NCBI GenBank assembly: GCA_050084515.1
Contig: CM114271.1
Coordinates: 17,856,001-17,920,000 of the forward strand
Origin: Blasia pusilla
Lineage: Eukaryota
Reading direction: 5' to 3'
DNA length: 64,000 nt
The notes beneath the pieces were generated by a model that had not been told where the DNA came from, ran no database searches, and worked only from the letters and a program-made list of their open reading frames with translations. Below are positions 1 through 10,570 of the stretch, piece by piece (positions within the stretch are counted from its first letter, which is position 1; every line of letters begins with the position of its first letter). Made by a program: the position numbers and the translations under genes.

Positions 1-599
1 GGTTTTGAAAATGAACCAAATGCATCTGGATAAGTTATGGAAACTAACTTTAGACCTTAACGCATGACTCATATATTGAGTCCTAGTTTGAGACTCATTT
101 GAGGTCTATTGGGCGATGGGGACCGCCCTGCACGCTAGCGCTGTTTTAGACCCCTAGACGATCAAGGAAGTTTGTCCTAAGTCTTGAATGACTTGTGTAT
201 GTTGGGGAGTGAGCGATTAGGTGGGTATCTGACCCCGTCTAGATTTAGTGAGCTTGAAGGATGGCTCAAGACTAAGACTTGGGAGACACAAGGCTAGTTG
301 ACCCAAATTATGGCTAATATGAGTGCGTTTGAATGCAAATCAATAAGGAAAGCCAACCTACTTAATGCAAGCGTCCGCGATACACAAGATTGGCATTCAA
401 GGTAGTAGGTGCATGACATCCATGGACTTCTATCAAGAGATGGTAACTACTATAGTTGGCATGATGCATTGTTCTATGTATTAAGGAGCAATAGGAGGAG
501 ATCTAGTTAAGTTGACTTTAAATAATTAAATAGCCCATTATTGTTGGTATTGAGTGGTTTGCATAATAACAATCAAGACCTATATTGGAGAGTCCTACC

Positions 600-1870
600 A
601 TAGTGACTATGGAAACTTAGGAGTTTGAAATTGGGCTTAGGTTACCACAAGGAGAGTAGAGTTAAATACTTCAATTCTTGAAGAATCATATGAACTATTT
701 TAAATTAAGTTTGCAAGATTTTGGTATATTGAAGGGCGCAGAGGTCCGCCTCGAGATGTTTGATGATATGTTGATCTTTAGACAACCCTAAATATACAAT
801 GTGATGAAGAGGGCTCTAATTTAAAATAAGAGCCAAAACTTGGTTAAGAGAAGATTAGTAGAGATGTTTCATGGAGAGTATGCATTTGGTATAATCATGC
901 CCCCCAATAAAGGATTTGCATGGAATCTTGAAGGATATGCAAATGTGTGGAGACTACCAACCCATCAGTTGATAGATAAAGTTCAATCTATATACGATGC
1001 CCAATCCTAATTAGATCTTCGATGCAATTGGGCATGCAAAGATATTGAGTTCCTTAGACCTTTGACCCAAATACCATCAATTGCCTATTAAAGTGGAGGA
1101 CAAGCAAAAGATGATAATTTTGGGTATTAATTCTCATGGGAAAGACTGCTCGTCAAAGTGGTGGTTCTTACCATTTGGGTTGAAGAACAAAGAATTATGG
1201 ATAAAATCATGGAAGGTTTGGATTTTACTAAGCGTTGCAATGACTAAACCCTAAAATCCCATCATTGCAACGCTTAGTGATATGGTTTAGGAGCATGGGC
1301 AACATCTTGCATATGTATTTTGACATTACAATTACATGTGTTGAAGTTACACCCATACAAGTGTTAGTTCTTATATGACTAGATCAAGTACACCTTGTAT
1401 GAGGGTGAGTACTCAACTATAGTGAGGATTACTGCATATTCTAAATGTTAGTTGTTTGGTAATCCCTCTATTCTTACCTTTGATTATCAACCGTTAAAGT
1501 AGTTGATGGAATCCAACAAGATTGTTATGAGGGCTCTATTTTTGTAGGAGTATGATTTCCAAGTGATTCATTGACCTAAGAGATTGATTGGGAAGTATAT
1601 GGGTTGAGTTGTAACTTAAGCGCGAGTCAATGAGATGTCAAAAGAGCTTGTTGGTATGATGAGCATGACGAGGGGATGATGACCACATAGAATGCACCAA
1701 CTAATTTGGGTTTGTTCACCATGGAGGGTCAAATTGCGTCAACTACCATAATAAGATCAAGTGGAGTGTCCTTAGATCTTGATGTCGGTGATGAGGTGGC
1801 AAAAATATCCAAAAGGATTAGATAATCTCGGAGCACCTACACACTATCCACATAGCATAACAAAGGCCAC
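600..1870 (+). mobile_element. Degenerate Ty3/gypsy pol remnant (reverse transcriptase, part of RNase H, run-in to integrase)
   Basis: Manual translation through stops gives RT motifs MCGDYQPI, IFDAIGHAKILSSLDL, YHQLPI and WFLPFGLKN (about 940-1190). RNase H-type DYQPLK*LMES and QEYDF-like segments lie at about 1480-1570. Many stops and frameshifts. Confidence 0.85.
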
Positions 1871-3877
1871 ATTGAAGTGGTGGTCTACAAATTGTCTGAG
1901 CGGATTGAGCTCAACAGGAGTGGGGAGCATGCTGCCACCATAGGATTCTTACGAGTGTCAATGGGTCCATATGTGTCAATAGCCCCACATGTGCCCCAAT
2001 GTGCACCAATACCACGATAGTGGGTTGGTTTACCTAGAGAGCAGAGTGGATATATCATAAGCTCATGAGGCAACGACCCGTACATACATACGTTGGTGAG
2101 CATGAACCAAGTTGGGTGTATTGAACGCGTGATGGATTCGATCGGCAGAGGGATTGCAGACATCATGATGGAGTGTAGAGAGCACCTGATATGGCTAAGG
2201 AAACACCTTGTATGATTATTGTCATCGATATAATTACACTAGAGATAGGAGGATCGTGCTTTATCAAGCGACACATCGAGAGGTAGGCCAAGAGCTTGGG
2301 GGTGGTTGAGTTGGTGGAGATCAAGGAGTATATGGCCATAAGATAGAGCTCCACCACATGTTAGAGGGGATAGCGGGTGTGCACTTGAGGCAACACTCCT
2401 TACCTACATTGATTCGGTGGAGCAGAAGATTGCTGCCATGATGATGACATATATATCTAGGGATGGACATGCAATTGAACCTTCAACGCTTCACCCTTAG
2501 CCTCCACGTCATATCAAGATACAAGGGAGGGCTTCGTTAGTATGGAATTTATGTGTAGTGCAATATAGTTAGAGAACGCGATTGTGGTGATTTGAAGCTC
2601 TACGAGAGCGATTGATTGAGTCACAAGAAGGTTGAGTCGAGGTAGACCTAGACCTGCGGTCCGATGGGCGACATGCAAACATTCCCAATCATTCACATTA
2701 CTATAGGCACTATTTACACATACAATTGATGGTTCCTAGAAGACTAGTAATACCCACAAATGGGGTAAGTGTTTTAACATCACAAGGAGTTGGAGAGGTG
2801 ACTCCTGTTCCAACTTAGGTGGAGTAAGTGTCAAGTGTATCAAGCTCTAGTATTTTCTGCCATGGACTTTACAATCATATGAGTTGGACCGATGGAGGTG
2901 TTCCACTTGGTTGCTCTATTGTGTGAGCATAAAGAGGTTATTGCTACTCATATGGAGATAGTAGTTGAGGAGGTGGCGAACATACATACCCTCGGAGTAG
3001 GTGCTTGCGATGTCCCTCACTAATTCTTGGCAAGATGCAATTGTTAGGTTGGGTTCAGGGTCTAGGATACTAGACCTGTAATAGAGCAAGCCATGATGAG
3101 ACAAGATGTGGTATTCTTGGACAACAAGAGTAGGATGTTGCACTTAGTTAGTCCTACATGTACATTGTACCACTTGTAGCACATCCTACTTGATTTAGGA
3201 GTGCAACCCTTGATATTAGGAAAGATGGCATGTTTGGCATTGGGGTAATGAAAAGGAAATATTGATTTGTGTCCCTTCCAGTTACAAACTTCCATTGGGG
3301 GTGTGCCATCCACGTAGTTCATGACTCAACTATAACTATATAGTTAGTTATCAAACTCCACTAGAGCATTCTTAAAAGCTTCACATAGTGTAATGATGCA
3401 CAATTGTGCAACAAAAACACCAATAGATTCCTATGATGTGTTGGTATGAAGCATTGTATTATATCCCCTTGGTTTCATCCTCGATTATAGGTCGGAGATG
3501 AATTCTTACCAATTATTGATAATGTGATAGTTGGGTGAGTTATCTATCTATGCAATTTGTAGGTTGTGATGGTGGTGATGGTCCATGAGGTGATATCGTG
3601 ACCACCTTAGCACCACTCATGGATAGTATAGTTTTCCAGGATAGTTATTGGAGAGGAATGCCCATGCGGAGGATATCCTAGTAGCGGATAGTCCCATGGA
3701 GAGACATGTTATGATGGATGTCTCTTCACATGGTACAGGGACCTCTTTACTATAGTGGGATATAAGCATTGAGCTATAGAGAAGTATAGATGAGCTTATG
3801 AGCCAAGCGTGGAGTTGGACCTTTATTTGGAGTAGATAGAGTCACGTGACAATCGTACTCTCGGAGTGGAGATGAAC

Positions 3878-4060
3878 TTGACACTCTTGGATACCACACA
3901 TGTTATGTGGTAGTTTACAAAGGAGGGTGTGAGAGTGTTAAATTTCTTTGGATGGATCAACATTGGGTGAATTGGGGTGTTATTAATTGACATACAAATG
4001 AATGAGTACATCTATGTTGAGAGAGTTGAGATTGCAGAATATGCCTCATTTCGCCATATG
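3878..4060 (+). pseudogene. C5 DNA methyltransferase (DNMT3-like) N-terminal fragment, motifs I-II, inside the gypsy polyprotein
   Basis: A single frame reads LTLLDTTHVMW*FTKEGVRVLNFFGWINIG*IGVLLIDIQMNEYIYVERVEIAEYASFRHM. It is colinear with ORF 46697-46999 and has two in-frame stops. Confidence 0.75.
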
Positions 4061-4102
4061 GATGGAACGACTGAATCAAGCATGGCAATGGTACATGTGG
4101 GC

Positions 4103-4249
4103 TTGAGATGCATATTTTGTGGATCTATGAGGGATGTAGCAACCATGTTGGTATGTGATAATTGCTCTAGAGGGTGATATTCTTTGTGGTTGATTTCCCC
4201 TCTTGATATGGTTCCCACCGGAAGATGATTTTGTTCAAGTTATGTATAA
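4103..4249 (+). pseudogene. Degenerate PHD finger at the polyprotein C-terminus
   Basis: LRCIFCGSMRDVATMLVCDNCSRG*YSLWLISPLDMVPTGR*FCSSY fits the PHD pattern CxxC...MLxCDxCxxxWH...PL..VP.G.W.C, with both Trp codons mutated to TGA. It lies just before the PPT. Confidence 0.8.
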
Positions 4250-5377
4250 GGTAGTAGCGTATGTCATGTTGATATGATGTGTGCAGCTTGCGCAAGTAAG
4301 GGGGGGGGGGGTTGCATGGTCTTGGTATGCATGCATGAGTGTATTTTTTTATGAGTATGGATCTACCCATGTGTTGGGAAGATCGATGTTGTGTGTTATG
4401 TCGATGTGATCGGCAATATGGATTTTGTAGCAACGTGTATGAAAAATTTCACATCTTGATTAGCTGAGAAGTAGAGTTCTACCGTGTCAATGACATGTAT
4501 TTTTTTGAATCAACAGGTTGTTCGAGTATAACTTCATCCTAAGATGTTGGATGAGGTGGCGACAACTCTTGCTGCATCGCGTCATAAAGTTTTTCCTCTA
4601 CTTCATCCAGCTTAATCTCAACTTTGAGCTTTGCAAGCGGACGACATAGATTAAGTCTCAAAGACTCAACCAATTGCGCCACCCATAAGTAGTTGAGAAG
4701 CCGTAGATCATTAATTCGAATCGAGTCTCCCCAAGTGCATAGCATCTCCCTAAGAAACCTCTTCCCTAAGCCTTGACCAATCTTCCTAAGTCGCTCATCT
4801 AAGCCATAACGCGTCAGTTAATTCCTCAAGGTGAGGGAGATCGAGGGCTTTCACAAGCCATCTTTCTCATGTTGAGCCTTTTAAGCACTTGGAATTTTAG
4901 GGTTTGCTAGAAATTTAGATGCTAGAGTTTGAGTTCACTTATGGTGGAGGATGGATATAGCTCGATATGCTAATATAGATTCATGTGTGTATTTAGTTGT
5001 GTAGATATGCCACTTTTACTCTATAGGGAGATAGTCTGTGTATACCTCCTACGTCACCTCCGACGTTTTAGGGTCGGAAACCCCTAACTTATAAGTCAAA
5101 ATTTTTTCTCATCCCCCTTACTTACTTTCAATCCGCAAGTTTCAAAAAATTATGACCTTATATTTTGTTTAAGTAAAAAAAAGTCCTTAATTTGTTTAGG
5201 GGCTTGAAAGTAAAATTAAGTACCCCTTTGCGTAGCGGTCTTGTGTTATTGCACTTGATAACAACTCTCAACGATACCCAAGCCACTGCCAAACACGGTA
5301 ATGAAATGTGAGGTGGATTTATTTGCATGTTTCCATTGACTAAATGTTTAGTGCAACTTCCACTTTCTCCATTACTT

Positions 5378-5464
5378 TGGCACCTATGACGGAGAGGAAT
5401 TGAACCTCAGTATGAGCAGGATCCTCATAAGGCCACACTATTATCCCCTAAGCTATCCTCTCCC
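5378..5464 (-). other. tRNA-derived (SINE-head-like) sequence or tRNA pseudogene
   Basis: The reverse strand has an A-box-like TAGCTTAGGGG and a B-box GGTTCAATTCC inside a GAGG/CCTC T-stem. The acceptor and anticodon stems pair poorly. Confidence 0.45.
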
Positions 5465-6329
5465 AAAACTAGCCTATCATAATCTTAGAAAATGACTTCA
5501 CACTACAACTTGCACATCATTTGCATTGGCAAAAGATGACATTATGTGAATAAAATCAAAGACCACTTGTAAATCATCGTTATCTAATTTATATATTCTA
5601 TATGTAAGACTTGACTTCATGGACAAACTCACATTTGAAATAACTATTTCAATATCAATATATTGACCATCACATGCATCATATGTGAACAAGGTGTTGC
5701 TCTTACCCAAGCGCCAATACCAATTGCACAATATTTGAAAAACAGTACATATCTGCCCATCTTTTGGAACATGCCGGTCCAAAAGATCAATAGGAGATCT
5801 ACGTCTATCCCATTGACTACCATATTTATGTTTGATGAATAGAATGCGACCTAACCAAACCTCCTTTGTTGGGACTACTCTGTTTTCATCCAACTCTTTT
5901 TGTTTCCTCTTCTTTGACTTACTGGATCTAGTAGAAGGGCCAACTTGTGTAGTAAACTCAAACAAAATAGCCATATCACTTCCAATGTCAACATAACAAG
6001 TTGCGCAATCTGGATTCCTTGGTTCTTTTACCCTACCTATAGTGTAATATGTTTTCTATGACACCCGTGTTAGCCTATCTTTAGAAATGAAAGGATTGCA
6101 TGCCCAATCATTCACCCAAGTGGACTTGTAGTATATTCTTCCCTCAAATGTCATAGTAGGCACAACTTGACGAGGAACTCCATCTGTGCACTCGTGCAGA
6201 AATGAACTGAATACATGCCTTACCTCGTGTCCCAATGTTTCTATCTCTATGGATGGATTGTTATCTACATCCTTAGCCAAGTCCTCACCAATCACGTTAG
6301 ACTCAACAAGGGTCGGTGCATCACTTTCC

Positions 6330-6641
6330 TACTCAAGATTGAGTTACGGTCAAGCTCATGAGATATCTGAACTGCTACATTTGGTACTCACACGAATTAC
6401 AGAAGTTTAATTTTGGTTAGTTAGTTAAACGCGATTATCTTAACTAGGGTTAGTGAATCACGATCAGTCTAACTCAAGACTATCGTTAAGGTTAGGGTTA
6501 GAGTTGCTTGTACATACCCTATATAATTGAGAAGGGGATTGGCCTCCACTCATTCTCTCATTGCCAATTTTGGTCTCCATGATGGTGTGTGAGTGTGAGA
6601 GTCGTTTCCCATCAGTTATGCTTCTTTAGCAATATTCCACA
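6330..6641 (+). repeat. Copia 5' LTR
   Basis: Direct repeat of 10259-10570; ends ...ttccaca immediately before the PBS. Confidence 0.95.
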
Positions 6642-9600
6642 TGGTATTAGAGCAATAGGAGAACATTAATTGAAATTCTTGGTGTTTGAGGAGAGAAGAG
6701 AGGCAAGAGAAGGCACAATTTTAATTTGGAGGAGGAAATTTTGTTCAGAGCTAAATGGGCGCAGATTTCAGGTGGAGCTTTGACGGTGATACAACTTTGG
6801 AGGTATTTTTTAGGGCTTTCTCGATCGATTTAGCCATCTAGATCTGTAGCAACTATAATAATGCCAAAGGCTTATTATAGTCTTATAGTAGAGTTTGTTG
6901 AGAGCTTTCCAACATACCCAAAATCGCTCGATTCTGACATTTTGAGCTCATGTAATGGCAATTTCAGTGTAGGAAAGTGCAATTAGTGAAGAAAAATTGT
7001 GCAGTTTGTTCTCTACAGGCCAATTTTGACTAGTTCTTTCATACAATTGATCAATTTTGGCAAATTTCACATGAATTTTTGTGTAAGAGTGGTCTATGCT
7101 TCAATTGGAGCAGTAAAAAGTTTGAAATTGCATTTTCTGTGATTGAAATCGTTCATCATGGAATATTCCTCAACAACAATTATAGGCGAGAAGCTAGATA
7201 AGCAGAATTACAATGTCTGGTAGTTTCGCATGAAACAATTTCTCATCGGTCAATAACTATGGGAGTTTGTCATAAGTGATGAGACCAAGCCAAAAGGTGA
7301 CTCAACAAACTTGAATGTTCGCGTATGGAACAAATCCGCAAGGCAAGTAATCCACGACATTTCAATAACAATTAGTTCGCCAATGATAAGTCATATTCAA
7401 GATGTAGATACTCGGAAGGATACCTGGGATGCATTGGAAAAGCTATTCCAGACATCTACAAAGGCCATAAAGCTTCAATTGAAACAACAATTGAACGAAG
7501 TGAGGAAAATATCGTAGAGCATCAACGATTATATTGTGAGTATCAGACATATTGTTGATGAGTTGAATAGCATTGGAGTGACAGTAGAAGATGATGATCT
7601 GATTTTTTTCACTATTCAAGGCCTTTTAAAAGATTACAATTCCTTTGAGACCTCTATCTCTATAAGATAGAAGTATCCAACCTTTCAAGAGTAAGTCCCA
7701 TTATTAATCAATGAAGAAATGCGCCTAGTAGGCAGCGGTAGTTCGTCTAGTCTGCAACAGAGTTTGCTATTTGCAGGTTATCGATCAAATAGAGGTAGGG
7801 ATCGTGGCAAAAGTTTTCGTGGTCGTGGTAGATATCAAGCATATGGAGGAAGAGACACTCAATATAACGTCATTCAATTAGTCAACCAGTACCAGACACA
7901 ATCACAAGGTAGTGATGGTGGAAACAACAACAGAGGGTACCTTGTTCTTGCAAAGTTTTGCTTCAAGAAGAAGGCAGATATGAGAACATGAGCCTTATAG
8001 CAAAAAAAATATGTGAAGCAACAACACCAAGAACAGTACCAAGAACAAAAATATTCACAAACAGAGCATCTTTTGGTCATGACTCATCATATGGGAGCAA
8101 TGGTCAAGAAACACTCCAGAGCAAATTGGTACATTAACATAAGATTGATAAAACTCCATTCAAAATCTTCATAGGAAGTAAACCTGATTTTTCCTTCTTG
8201 AAAGTATTTAGCTATATTTGTTATGCTCATGTTCCTTCTGAGAGACGTAAAAAATTAGACCCCAAGTCTGGAAGATGTATCTTCATTGGCTATGCTCATG
8301 GAACTAAGGGGTATAAGTGCTACATTCCATCCTCTAGGCAACTTATTATTAGTCGCGATATTGTTTTTTATGAGTTAGAATCATGGTATGCTCCATCTGA
8401 GCCTATTCCACATCTAAACTCGTGCGTTGAGGGAAAGAATATGACTGTAAACCAACAGACATTGTCTTCAACTTCCCCAAGTACTAGTGCAGGATTATGA
8501 GAGATCATAGATTCATCAATTAAATCTGTGAGTCCATGGACGGGAAGAGTACGTATTCAGTCTAATGACACTAGTCAGAGCTCGAGTCAAGTGTCATAGG
8601 CATCTACCTGTGAACAATAACTTTGTAGATCAAGTAGAGTTACACATCTAATCTGTAGATTCATAAATGAAGGTTTCCTTGCGACACATCATGCATATAT
8701 GATGACTACCCTTCAAGAACACGAGCCAAGTTGTTTTGAAGAAGCTGTAAGTTCAAGTAAAGTCGAACGGATTGAAGCTATGGAGGAAGAGCTTCCTGCA
8801 TTAAGACATCAACAGGCATGAGAGTTGGTTGATATACCTTTCGGTAAGGAAGTTATTGGTTGCAAATGGGTTTATAAAATCAAACACAATCAAGATGATA
8901 TAATTTACAAATACAAAGGGAGATTGGTGGCTAAAGGCTACGCACAACAATATGACATCGATCATGAGAAAATATTTGGCCCTGTTGCAAAGATGATGAC
9001 TACGAGAACAATGGTTGCAGTTATAGTTGCAATAAGTAAGAAGTGGAGATTACATCACATGGAAATCAAGAATGCCTTCTTGAATGGAGATCTATACGAG
9101 GAGGTATATATGACTCAATCACTTTCCATTCTGCGTATGGAGATTGAAGAAAGCTCTATACAAGCTCAAACAAGCTCCAAGAGCTTGGTATGGCAAGATT
9201 ACATACGTCCTACAAGAGTTGGATTTTAGGGTATGTGATTCTGACTCCTTGTTATATATCTTGAGAGGACAAGATCAAACAGTTCTCATAGTGTTGTATG
9301 TTGACAATCTCTTGATTATTGGGAGTACTGAAGAAATGATACATTAAGTCAAGGTTAAGTTACAAGCAGAATTTGATATGAAGGACTTGGGAAAACTCAA
9401 GTACTTCCTTGGTATTGAGTTTATCAAGGTTGGAGAGAGCATGTGGTTACTACAACGACAATATGCTCTTCATATGCTTTCAAAATATGGTATGACGGCT
9501 TGTAAGCCAATCTCTACACCGTTGGACCAGAGTGTGAAGCTAAAAGTGGATGAAGGAGAGTTGCTTATAGATTCTAATATGTATAGGCGCATGGTTGGAA

Positions 9601-10258
9601 GTTTGATCTATCTAACTATAACCAGACCAAATTTGAGCTATGTTGTTGGCATAATGAGCCAGTTTATGCAAACACCTTGAAAACCTCACCTTGATGTTGT
9701 GAGAAGGATTATGCGGTATGTGAAATTATTTATTCAATTCGGGCTTCAATTTGAAATTTCTCCGAGTTTTCAATTACAAGGATTCACAAATGCTGATTGG
9801 GTAGGAAGCGTATATGATCGACACTTCACATCTGGTTATTCATTTACTTTGGGAAGCGTAGCTATAAGTTGAGCTTCAAAGAAGCAACCTACAATTTCTT
9901 TATCTTCAACAGAGGTTGAGTACAAAGGAGCAACCAATGCAGCATGTGAAGCGGTGTGGCTTCATCGATTACTTATTGAGATTGGTATTAGTAACTTAGG
10001 ACCTAGTGTAATATATGCAGACAATATTAGTAGCATCAAGCTTGATAATAATCTTGTGTTTCATGCTCGTAGAAAGCATGTTGAGGTGCACTATCATTTT
10101 ATCAGAGAGAAAGTGCTTGCAGGAGAAATTGATCTTGTGTGTATATGTACAGATCAGCAAATTGTTGACATCTTTACAAAGATATCTTTACCGGTGAAGT
10201 TTGAGATATTTATAAATGATTTAGGCGTTAGAGATATCGATATGAGCTTGAGGAGGAG

Positions 10259-10570
10259 TATTGAAGATTATGTTATAGTCAAGCTCATGAGACACCTGAA
10301 CTGCTACATTTGGTACTCACACGAAGTAGGGAAGCTTAATCTTGGTTAGTCAGTTAAACGCGATTATCTTAACTAGGATTAGTTAATCACAGTCAGTCTA
10401 ACTCAAGACTATGGTTAAGATTAGGGTTAGGGTTGCTAGTACATACCCTATATAATTGAGAAGCGGACCAGCCTTCACTCATTCTCTCATTGCAAATTTC
10501 GTTCTCCGTGGTGGTATCCGAGTGTGAGAGTCGTTTCCCACCAATTATGCTTCTTGAGCAATTTTCCACA
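10259..10570 (+). repeat. Copia 3' LTR
   Basis: Follows the PPT, ends ...ttccaca and is followed by the TSD tttcc. Confidence 0.95.

Larger units (their letters stand above)
1880..4453 (+). mobile_element. Internally deleted Ty3/gypsy element: gag, aspartic protease, DNMT fragment, PHD finger, polypurine tract, short 3' LTR
   Basis: Plus-strand translation aligns by eye with the 47-49 kb element. VYKLSERIELN matches VFRTAEDIERN, PVIEQAMMRQDVVFLDNKSRMLHLVSP matches PAIERAMASHDVVLLDNQGEVFHLVSP, and ILLDLGVQPLILGK matches ILLDSGAQPLMLGK. PPT aag+G-run at 4298-4311; terminus ...tcaca at about 4453. Confidence 0.8.
6330..10570 (+). mobile_element. Ty1/copia LTR retrotransposon, decayed, with protease and integrase core deleted
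   Basis: Two 312-bp LTRs (6330-6641, 10259-10570). TSD TTTCC at 6325-6329 and 10571-10575. PBS tggtattagagc at 6642-6653 and a purine-rich PPT before 10259. Coding motifs: gag (about 7160-7750), integrase tail KLDPKSGRCIFIGY, RT motifs GCKWVYKIK, KALYKLKQAPRAW and LYVDN, and RNase H KHVEVHYHFIRE. Confidence 0.97.
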
